Shown in pieces: positions 38,564 through 47,400 of a stretch of 64,000 nt of DNA. The notes below the pieces were generated by a model. The model did no database searches. It was given only the letters and a program-made list of their open reading frames with translations, and was not told where the DNA came from. Origin of the DNA: Chitinophagaceae bacterium (GTDB lineage: Bacteria > Bacteroidota > Bacteroidia > Chitinophagales > Chitinophagaceae); NCBI GenBank assembly GCA_046593045.1, contig JBKJRY010000364.1:982-64981 (forward strand). Reading direction: 5' to 3'. Position numbers and translations under genes: made by a program. Position 1 is the first letter of the stretch, and every line of letters starts with the position of its first letter.

Positions 38564-39952
38564 ATGCACTCCAAAGATGGCATCCGCTCTCCTTATAAAA
38601 ATTTTGTTTCCCTAATTGAAGATTTACCAGCCATTGAAATGACTCATAAGGATGAGATGGCAAAAAAACTTTTCATGAGCCAGGGTATAACATTCACAGT
38701 TTATAGCAGCGGCGAAGGGATAGAAAAAAATTTTCCATTTGACATAATTCCGCGTATTATCACCAGTGATGAATGGGCTTTAATAGAGGCGGGTTTAAAG
38801 CAACGGTTAAATGCACTTAACATTTTTCTTAAAGATATTTACCATAAGCAGTATATATTAAACGATGGCATTATTCCTGCGAAGCTGGTTTATTCATGTC
38901 CCAATTTCTTAAGGGAAATGATGAATGTGGATGTGCCCTTTGCTATATACACACATATATCCGGCGTAGACCTGATAAGGGATGAGAATGGCAAATTCTT
39001 TGTGCTTGAAGATAACCTGCGTACACCTTCCGGTGTTTCATATATGTTGGAAAACAGGAGCATCACGTATCGCATATTTCCCGATCTGCTGCCGAAGAAT
39101 AATGTAAGAACCGTAAAAGAATATCCCGATCTTTTATATAGAAATTTACTGGCTTTGGTAAACAGGCAAATCAGTGATCCCACTGTAATTCTTTTGTCGC
39201 CTGGAATTTATAACTCCGCTTATTTTGAGCATACAACACTGGCGAGATTGATGGGTATTGAACTGGTGGAAGGCAGGGACCTGATAGTAGAGAACAACCA
39301 CGTGTACATGAAAACCACAAAGGGGCTGAAACAGGTGGATGTGATATACCGCCGGGTTGACGATGAATTTATTGACCCGCTATTATTCAAGCCGGATAGC
39401 ATACTAGGTGTGCCGGGTATTTACTGGGCTTATCGTAAAGGTAACGTTGCCATAGTAAATGCGATGGGCAACGGCGTTGCAGATGATAAAGCAATTTATG
39501 CTTATGTACCCGATATGATTCGCTATTATTTAAATGAAGAACCTCTATTGCAAAACGTTCCTACTTATCGGTTGGCGGATGGCGACAGTAAAAAATATGT
39601 TTTTGAAAATATGGATAAAATGGTCATTAAACGCACCAATGAATCCGGGGGATATGGAATGTTGATGGGCAATATTGCGAGTGAAGAAGAAATGCAGCAT
39701 TTTAAAGACGCAATAAATAAGGAGCCAAGAAATTTTATTGCCCAACCCATCATTAGCTTGTCTTCCACTCCTTGCTATATTAATGGAGTATTGCAACCAC
39801 GGAGGGTTGACCTCAGGCCGTTTGCTTTGTATGGACCGGAGGGCATTAATATTGTACCGGGAGGATTAACAAGAGTAGCATTGAAAGAAGGATCTATGAT
39901 CGTGAACTCATCCCAGGGTGGAGGCAGTAAGGATACATGGGTACTTGCCTGA
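38564..39952 (+). CDS. Circularly permuted type-2 ATP-grasp protein (DUF404/DUF407-type); possibly interrupted near the N-terminus
   Basis: 462 aa from the ATG at 38564. An in-frame ATG at 38507 followed by TAG at 38540-38542 precedes it (MNQNLLLESYQ*QPGVWDE-M...). It is followed by alpha-E and transglutaminase genes, the canonical neighbourhood. Confidence 0.75.
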   Translation: MHSKDGIRSPYKNFVSLIEDLPAIEMTHKDEMAKKLFMSQGITFTVYSSGEGIEKNFPFDIIPRIITSDEWALIEAGLKQRLNALNIFLKDIYHKQYILNDGIIPAKLVYSCPNFLREMMNVDVPFAIYTHISGVDLIRDENGKFFVLEDNLRTPSGVSYMLENRSITYRIFPDLLPKNNVRTVKEYPDLLYRNLLALVNRQISDPTVILLSPGIYNSAYFEHTTLARLMGIELVEGRDLIVENNHVYMKTTKGLKQVDVIYRRVDDEFIDPLLFKPDSILGVPGIYWAYRKGNVAIVNAMGNGVADDKAIYAYVPDMIRYYLNEEPLLQNVPTYRLADGDSKKYVFENMDKMVIKRTNESGGYGMLMGNIASEEEMQHFKDAINKEPRNFIAQPIISLSSTPCYINGVLQPRRVDLRPFALYGPEGINIVPGGLTRVALKEGSMIVNSSQGGGSKDTWVLA

Positions 39953-40015
39953 AGAATTATTTTGAATAACGAAATAATAGGGACAGGCATTCAATTATTC
40001 GGAACGTAATTTTTT

Positions 40016-40043
40016 AATTTTAAATTTTAAATTTTAAATTTTT
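40016..40043. repeat. Heptanucleotide tandem repeat (AATTTTA) x ~4
   Basis: AATTTTA AATTTTA AATTTTA AATTTTT, ending 2 nt before the alpha-E start codon (40046). Confidence 0.9.
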
Positions 40044-40045
40044 AC

Positions 40046-40981
40046 ATGTTAAGTCGCGTTGCGGATACAATTTATTGGCTTGGAAGGTATATGGAGAGAA
40101 CCAATGGTATGTTGCAGGTAATTTTGACCCAATATATCTCCTCGCAGGATGACGTAAGCGAATCAATGTGGAGGCCACTACTCAACATTTACGGTGAACT
40201 AACCGGGGAGGAAATTAGCGAGATGGAAACCAGTTCTGCAAAGGCCCTGGAATATATGATTTTTATTCCTTCGAACAGCGCTTCAGCCTACAACAATGTG
40301 ATGTTTTCCCGGGAAAATGCAAGGGGCATACAGGATCATACTACCAAGGAAGTGTGGCAATGCCTCAATGATTATTATCACTTTATTCGCGGTGATAGCT
40401 TACGAAGAGAATCTAGTATGGCCGACCCGGTTTCAACAATTGATCTTTTGATAAAAAATGGATTGTTGTTTACCGGCACCGTTGATAATACCATGACTCG
40501 TGGCGAAGGCTTTACTTATATTAATATTGGGAAATTTCTGGAAAGAGCTATACATACTGCTGACATTATCAGAATAAAAATGAATGAGCTACATAATGAT
40601 CCAACCGAAGCTTATGGAGCCTTAAAACCTTGATATTTGTTGTATTCGCTGTTTGGCTTTGAAGTGTACTTAAAAACCTATAAAGGAAATTTTAATAAAA
40701 AAAATGTCATGGAGCTGATTTTATACAATACTGATTTTCCTCATTCCATTTTATACAGTCTCGAGCGCCTCTTTAAATATTTTGGCAGATTAAGTACAGA
40801 AAGTCTTCCGGAAAATTACGAGCGTTTGGAGTTTTTAATTGGGAAAACGATGAATAATATCAAATACAGTAATGTGAATGAAAACGATCTCCCGGCATTA
40901 GATTCTTTTCTTATTCAACTCAGGCAGGATTTCATTGAGATTTCCGCAGCCTTCAGTAAGTACTATTTTGGAAATTCATAA
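40046..40981 (+). pseudogene. Alpha-E domain protein (DUF403) interrupted by an in-frame TGA (40631-40633)
   Basis: The ORFs 40046-40633 (195 aa) and 40637-40981 (114 aa) are in the same frame, separated only by TGA plus one codon. Read-through gives ...EAYGALKP*YLLYSLFGFEVYLKTY..., about 311 aa, the usual size for this family. Confidence 0.65.
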
Positions 40982-40990
40982 TCTGCTATT

Positions 40991-41965
40991 ATGCCTTCTT
41001 ATAAAATAAAACATACGACCCGTTATAGTTATTCATCTACGGTAATAGACTGCATTAACCAGATAATGTTGTACCCTATAATTGATGCACTGCTGGAAGT
41101 AAGGAACCACGAATTAAAAATTTCATACGATCCCCCGGTAGAAACTTTCCTGGATTACTTTGGAAATCATACCGGGATATTTTCGGTAATAAAACCTCAT
41201 ACAGAACTTTTGATAGAATCCGTCGCAGAAGTCATTACAAAACCCATTGTTTTTCCGGAAGATAAAATGAATCCGAAAGAACAATGGGAAATCTTAAACA
41301 GCTTGAAAAACCATACTGTCTATATGGATTTCTTAACGATTGAAGCATTTACTGACCACGAAGAGTTACAAGCAATATTAAACGAACTGGTAAACAGAGA
41401 CAAAACTCCTCTGCAAAATGCCCTGATTTTATCAGAATATGTTTATAACAATTTCACCTATAAGAAAGGTATAACGAATTTAGAAAGTAAAATAGAAGAA
41501 GTTTGGGGATTGAAAGCTGGCGTTTGCCAGGACTTTGCTCATATACTAATTGTATTCCTGCGAATGTGCGATATTCCTTCCCGGTACGTGAGTGGATATA
41601 TCTGTTCTGAAGAAAAGGAAATGCGCGGAGAAGGTGCTACACATGCCTGGGTAGAGGCATACATACCTAATTACGGTTGGATCGGTCTTGATCCTACGAA
41701 TAATTGTATTGTAAATGACCAACACGTACGATTAGCTACCAGAAGAAATTTTGCGGATTGCACCCCCGTAAAGGGAACTTATAAAGGTTCCGGGGAACAT
41801 ACTCTTGAGGTAACTGTAGAAATAAAAAACGGGTCATCAAAAAAAGGGTCGGAAAAACAAAATCCACTAAAATTTAGCTATGATGCAAAAAATCCCGGTG
41901 ACCCTATTAATTCGTATCGCTATTACCAGGACGTACAACAAAAGCAGCAACAACAGCAACAATGA
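40991..41965 (+). CDS. Transglutaminase-family protein (N-terminal Bact_transglu_N + transglutaminase core) with poly-Gln tail
   Basis: 324 aa. Catalytic Cys context GVCQDFAH, and His/Asp context HAWVEAY...GLDPTN. Ends QQKQQQQQQ. Confidence 0.85.
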   Translation: MPSYKIKHTTRYSYSSTVIDCINQIMLYPIIDALLEVRNHELKISYDPPVETFLDYFGNHTGIFSVIKPHTELLIESVAEVITKPIVFPEDKMNPKEQWEILNSLKNHTVYMDFLTIEAFTDHEELQAILNELVNRDKTPLQNALILSEYVYNNFTYKKGITNLESKIEEVWGLKAGVCQDFAHILIVFLRMCDIPSRYVSGYICSEEKEMRGEGATHAWVEAYIPNYGWIGLDPTNNCIVNDQHVRLATRRNFADCTPVKGTYKGSGEHTLEVTVEIKNGSSKKGSEKQNPLKFSYDAKNPGDPINSYRYYQDVQQKQQQQQQ

Positions 41966-42007
41966 GCTTTTAGTTGCCGGGGGAAATATTCACTTGAAAA
42001 TAAGGCT

Positions 42008-42044
42008 AAATCAAAAATCCCTTACTTAGAAATATTTTTGATTT
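42008..42044. terminator. AT-rich hairpin between convergent genes
   Basis: AAATCAAAAAT (42008-42018) pairs with ATTTTTGATTT (42034-42044) around a 15-nt loop. Confidence 0.3.
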
Positions 42045-42105
42045 TGGAGAAATGTTTTGTCGAAAAAGCCGCTAACTACAATTGCAATCAATAATTGCAT
42101 CTGAT

Positions 42106-44355
42106 TTAGTAAATAAGCTTATTGTTTATTATTTCGGCAGTGGGTGTGGTTATTTGCAATGTGTAAATACCCTTAGCCATGCCTTTTTTTAATGGAATTA
42201 TTTCAGCATTATTTCCGTTAGCATGTTGTATCGTCCTGGTAATGATTGCCTGCCCCTGGATATTCAGTAGTTTGATTTCATAACTGCCGGCCGGTTGATT
42301 CAGCATTTGCACGTTGATGACACCATCCTTCACGGGGTTTGGATAAACGGTTATGGCCTGCTTCGCCGATCCCACAAACACTTTGACCACCTTGCTGTAT
42401 TCTACTTTACCACTTATATCCACACTCTTTATACGGTAGTAATTATATCCCGCAAGGGCATCTTCGTCTCTCCACTTATATTCGCTCAGCGGTAAATTCT
42501 TCGCATTGGCGACGCTTACTTTTGCATACTGATTGCCATCCATTGATTTCTCTACTTCATACAGCTTAATGTCGCTTTCATTGGCTACATTCCATTCTAC
42601 ATTGATAGCCTTATTCTGCTGGTAGGCTGTAACGTTAGTGAAAGTAAGCGCTAAAACTTTCGCTTCGTTAAACACCAAATAAAAACGACCAGGCGCATAA
42701 GATCCTGGTATACTCTCCACAGAAAAGTTGACTGTAGTGCTGCCATTAAGACTAACCGGTGTGCTTGTATTGGCGTATTTATCTTCAAGAAAAGCGGTTA
42801 GCCCTGCCTGTTCAAGGTTATTTAAGCTTAGACGCCATTGATATTTTTGAACCTTCAGATTGCTTAAGTTAAGATAAAAAGTATCATTCTCAGCTATCGG
42901 CCTGTATCGCTCAACACTTAACAGTTTTCCGTTTCTTTTAAAGCTAACATTCTCTGAACTATTTAATATTTTATAAGCGTCATTACCATCTAATACCGCG
43001 GAAAAATTAGCGCCAATATCTGCTTTGGCACCGTCCATTAACAAAGTAGTGCTATTTGAATTTATAAACAGGTCAGCCACTAAATTTTGCCTTAGTCTCA
43101 TTGGCGTGGAAATCAAACTGCCCACGGAAGGCTTAATATCTTCCCGGAAAGTGATAGTATAAGAAGTGGAATCTCCACCTACAAAAAATGCCTCTCCGCT
43201 TTCGATGTAATTCGGATCTTTATTATATGGAGCTGCATAACTGCCGCCGCCCGGAGTAACTGTAAATTCACCAAGATTATATGTTAGTGTTTGATATGCG
43301 CCAAGCCCATATGCGCTACCTATGGTTGCAAGCGGATCCCACACATATATTTTTGTGGCGGTTGTAGGTGCGGGTGTCATCCTTCGAAGATCTATCCTCG
43401 AGGGATAAGGGTTACCTACTGCTGTAAATGCTGTTGCAGGTGATGCGATAGTAATTACTGATTGAACGCCCTGTTTAATTACACCTTTTGTTCGTAAAAC
43501 AGTCGAAGTAACCGGACTATTATATGCCGTCGCTGTTCTATCACCTCTTACAAAAAGCATATAAGCAATCGTATTGTTTGAAATATTATTAATTGAAGTT
43601 GTCTTTGTTGCAGGCACTGCCACCCATGTATCTGTAGTCGTGTTGTAAGTCTTCATGGAAGGAGTTGCCGTGTAAACATCAAATCCATTAGACGTTCCTC
43701 CGGCTCCGGTTATCTGTGTTCCATAGCCTGCTATAAGATTATCGTTTGGTGCCATAGAACCTTCCTGCCATGCAGATTGTATGGTTTGATTTGTAGCAGT
43801 AGGAATGGATAAAAAACGCCACTTTTTTATTGCAGAGAGGTATCGCTCTGCCGTTACATCTCCTAAGACCTGGTTGCCACTATTTGTATTATCATTTGTG
43901 AGATCTGCGACTACAGCAGTAGCTGCTGCCGTAGATTTAAGTGTTAAAAATCCTCCGGTAAAGAAAGTTTTGGAATTTACATTTCCGAAAGAAAGTATTC
44001 CTGTCAGGCTATCCTGGCCAGCAAGTGTGACCTGGTTACTGATTATTAAATTTTTAATTTTATTGGCGGTAAAACTATTACCGGGAATAGTTTGAGCAGA
44101 TGGGCCGTTCATTTCCACGGTACCTGTTTGAACATCAATATTATTATAGCTGGTGATAGTACCTGCTATTTTAATTGTTGAATTGTCCACGTTCAAGGCA
44201 GATGCATTGGTTAGTGAAACGTCTTTTGTTACCACATATACCGCATTTTTCATCTGCATAGTGGCTGTACCATTCATTATTATTTTACCCTGGGAAAATG
44301 AGAAATTAGATTGGAATAAAATCAATCCAAAAAATGCTTTATATAATGATGACAT
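42106..44355 (-). CDS. Secreted protein with T9SS type-A C-terminal sorting domain
   Basis: 749 aa. N-terminal signal peptide and a C-terminal ~80 aa (VYPNPVKDGVINVQ...GIYTLQITTPTAEIINNKLIY) matching the Por/T9SS CTD pattern. Confidence 0.8.
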   Translation of the reverse strand: MSSLYKAFFGLILFQSNFSFSQGKIIMNGTATMQMKNAVYVVTKDVSLTNASALNVDNSTIKIAGTITSYNNIDVQTGTVEMNGPSAQTIPGNSFTANKIKNLIISNQVTLAGQDSLTGILSFGNVNSKTFFTGGFLTLKSTAAATAVVADLTNDNTNSGNQVLGDVTAERYLSAIKKWRFLSIPTATNQTIQSAWQEGSMAPNDNLIAGYGTQITGAGGTSNGFDVYTATPSMKTYNTTTDTWVAVPATKTTSINNISNNTIAYMLFVRGDRTATAYNSPVTSTVLRTKGVIKQGVQSVITIASPATAFTAVGNPYPSRIDLRRMTPAPTTATKIYVWDPLATIGSAYGLGAYQTLTYNLGEFTVTPGGGSYAAPYNKDPNYIESGEAFFVGGDSTSYTITFREDIKPSVGSLISTPMRLRQNLVADLFINSNSTTLLMDGAKADIGANFSAVLDGNDAYKILNSSENVSFKRNGKLLSVERYRPIAENDTFYLNLSNLKVQKYQWRLSLNNLEQAGLTAFLEDKYANTSTPVSLNGSTTVNFSVESIPGSYAPGRFYLVFNEAKVLALTFTNVTAYQQNKAINVEWNVANESDIKLYEVEKSMDGNQYAKVSVANAKNLPLSEYKWRDEDALAGYNYYRIKSVDISGKVEYSKVVKVFVGSAKQAITVYPNPVKDGVINVQMLNQPAGSYEIKLLNIQGQAIITRTIQHANGNNAEIIPLKKGMAKGIYTLQITTPTAEIINNKLIY

Positions 44356-44404
44356 AATTTGTCTATTTAAAAACGAACGGTTGAATATTAATAAAGACCC
44401 TGCT

Positions 44405-44418
44405 CCCTATGAATAGGG
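44405..44418 (-). terminator. Weak stem-loop downstream of the 1206-aa gene
   Basis: CCCTAT-GA-ATAGGG. No strong T-run follows. Confidence 0.2.
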
Positions 44419-44474
44419 CAATTATTACAAAAAAACTGGTTAGTGAGCGCTTCGTATTATCCGCTGTGATAAAC

Positions 44475-47400
44475 TTATTTTTTATTTTTCAGCAATTCAA
44501 TGTCTTTTTTCAAATTATCAATTTGTTGCTGTTGCTCCTTGATCGCATTGATTAGCACCGGAACTAGTTCGGAGTAATTTATGGATAGTGTGCCTGTATC
44601 TTCATTACCGGAAACTATTTCAGGAATTACTTTCTTTGCATCTTGTGCAATCAAACCAAGCTGCTTATCAGTTGAAGGTGTTACTTTCCAGTTATAAGAT
44701 ACAGGTTGTAAGGCTAATATCTCCTTTAAACCATACTGTAAACCGTTTATATTTGTCTTTAATCTTCTGTCAGAAGAAACATTAAAGGCAGTTGCAGAAA
44801 TACTCCCATTCACAGTGAGCCTGTTAGTACCGTTCGCAGCAATATTCCCGATAGTAACCTGCTGGGTTGTTCCTCCCTTCAGCCGCAAAATTTCAAATCC
44901 ATCAGCAGTGTTATTAGAATTCGTAGGGCCATAGTTCGTAAAGAAAATCATGTCTTTTCCGCTGTAACCATTGCCGACGTAAAAATCCTGGGGAGTAGTA
45001 GAATACAAATAAGCAGTATATGGCTGGTTAAGAATATTTGAATTGTTATTGGTATAGCCGCTGCTATTTATACCGAAATCTACATAGTGAGCGTCAGTAT
45101 TAAACGGCATGGTTCCATTACGGGTTCCATCACTTGCTGCTACCAAATCTGAACTTGAATAGTTTCCATAAGCCCTGTTTTGAACCTGTATTTGTTGAAA
45201 GCCATTTGAGAATCCAATGGCATTAATAGGAGTGCTGTTCGTAACCGGGCCATTGTAAGCACTTGTCCCTGCGTCTACGAGGAGTTTTTCAGGCAAGGTG
45301 GGATCAAAAGCGGATGTCCCGATACCTACATTACCGGTACTATCTATTATCATTCGCTGAACATTATTAGTACGAAATCTCATAGATTTATTATTGGTAG
45401 TTCCAATAAAGCTGGTGCCGGAAACAATATTACTATTTCCCACCAATGCCCATGCATTGCTTGAAGAAGTGGTTAATGCGGATGGAGATAATCTTTTTAC
45501 CACCCCATTAACTATAGTTAAAAGACTGTCCGTGTTTGAACCTGATTGCATTCCACCTAAATACAATGGATCTGAAGCCGCAACCACCTGAAGCGGATAA
45601 GACGGGACCGCCGTTCCTATACCCAATCTTCCAGTACTGGTAAGCCTCATTTTTTCGGTGTTATTGGTAAGGAAGGGCAGATCAAAATTGGACGTTGTAC
45701 CGAAATTTTGTTCAGATGCAACGCTGTTTCCACCCATACTCCATTTGTTATTAAAGGCATTCCAGTCTGTGCTGCTTAAGGCGCCTGTTGTAGAGGTACT
45801 TGCAAGACCCAATGATAAAGCTTGCCCAGATAAACTCAATCCATTCGCTGTTCCTATAGTAACATTTCCCGTATTGGTACCGCTAAGGTTCGATCCGGTT
45901 ATTGTTCCTGAAGCCGCCACTGAAGAGGGTGTTATTGCCCCCAGTGTTAACGTAATAGCTGGTGTGGTGGTAGCCGTTGCTACGGACCCGCTCACTCCAT
46001 TAGCAGAAACTACAGATACCGACGTCACAGAACCACTCCCTTTATTATTGAATGTGTTCCAGTCTGTACTGCTTAAAAAACCATTCGTAGAAGTGGTTGC
46101 CTGGGTAATTCCTATGCTGCCATTAGAATAAGTTATAGGTGCCGTGGACGAAAACAGGCTTCTTACTTTTTGTGAGAAGTTCCCAATATTCGTGGTATCT
46201 ACAGTGGTAAGTTTATTATTAAAAGTGTTCCAGTCTGTCGAGCTTAATGCCCCTGTCGTGGAAGTGTTGGCAAGACCAAGCGATAATGCCTGGCCTGCAA
46301 GGCTCAAGCCATTTGCGGTTCCAAGGGTAACATTTCCTGTATTAGTGCCACTAAGGTTTGAACCTGTAACTGTTCCTGTTGCCGCTACTGATGTTGGTGT
46401 AATGGCTCCCAGGGTTACTGTAATGGCGGGCGTAGTTGTAGCGTTAGCTACAGATCCGCTTACTCCATTAGCTGTAACTACGGATACAGATGTCACCGAG
46501 CCGCTGCCTTTGGAATTAAACGTATTCCAGTCAGTGCTGCTTAAATACCCATTTGTAGAAGTAGTAGCCTGTGTAATGCCAATAAGCCCATTTGTATAAG
46601 TGATTGGGTCCGTTGAAGATAACAGGGAACGCACTTTTTGAGAAAAGGATGGGATACTCGTGGTATCGAACGTAGTCCATGTTGGAGCAGTTCCGGCACC
46701 ATTAGATGTAAGAAAAGTTCCGGCTGCTCCTGCAAGATCATTTGGCATCAGCGCTCCGCTGAATTTCACATTCCCGGTAACATCCAGCTTTTCTGATGGA
46801 GCTGCACTACCAACTCCAACATTTCCACTTCCATCTATCCGCATGCTTTCGTTTGATGCTGCGGTACCGCCGGTGAATAAAATAAGGCTCTTTGCCGAAG
46901 TAGCATTTCCAATTGAAAAATCATTTCCCGTGCTATATAAATAGCTGTTATTTGCTCCTCCCAAAACTCCTGTGCTGCTATTAGCACTGGAGTTGACTCC
47001 CATGTCAACAAAATTTACTGTCTCGCTCCCATTATCGGCAGTGGCTACTACATCCGAGCTGGCATCTATGCCGGCATTGCTATTTTGAATATTTAGCTGA
47101 ACGTAGCTATTTGTGTTACCTTTTCCTGTTATCACATTTTGGTAATTTGTATTACTGGTAGCACCTGCATCTACCAGCATCTTCTCCGGATAGGTTGCAT
47201 TAAAAGTTGAAGTCCCTATGCCGGTATTTCCTTGTACTATAAGACCATTCGACGGAGCACTGGTCGCACGATAACCACTTCCAATTGCGGTATTGCCATT
47301 AGCCCAAACATATGAAGAAGGAGAATTTCCATTAAAATCAGCACCAAGGATGATTCCGGAATTAGCGTCACCGCCCACACCGATGCTTATAGGTTTTCTC

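Noticed and set aside
40631-40633. Whether the in-frame TGA (and the TAG at 38540) reflects an alternative genetic code or selenocysteine.
   Set aside because: Other well-supported genes in the window terminate with TGA (the aldo-keto reductase at 57910-57912 and the ATP-grasp gene at 39950-39952) and with TAG (cysN at 6441-6443). Only a weak, interrupted stem follows the TGA, nothing like a clear bacterial SECIS. A mutation or sequencing error is more likely.
41938-41965. A poly-glutamine tail (QQKQQQQQQ) encoded by CAA/CAG repeats at the end of the transglutaminase gene.
   Set aside because: It is a short low-complexity tail. It could vary by slippage, but nothing indicates function.
45658-46599. 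Two similar plus-strand ORFs (157 and 151 aa) that look like a duplicated gene pair.
   Set aside because: They are the antisense image of the 468-nt tandem duplication inside the minus-strand fibre gene, which has the signal peptide, repeats and S74 domain.
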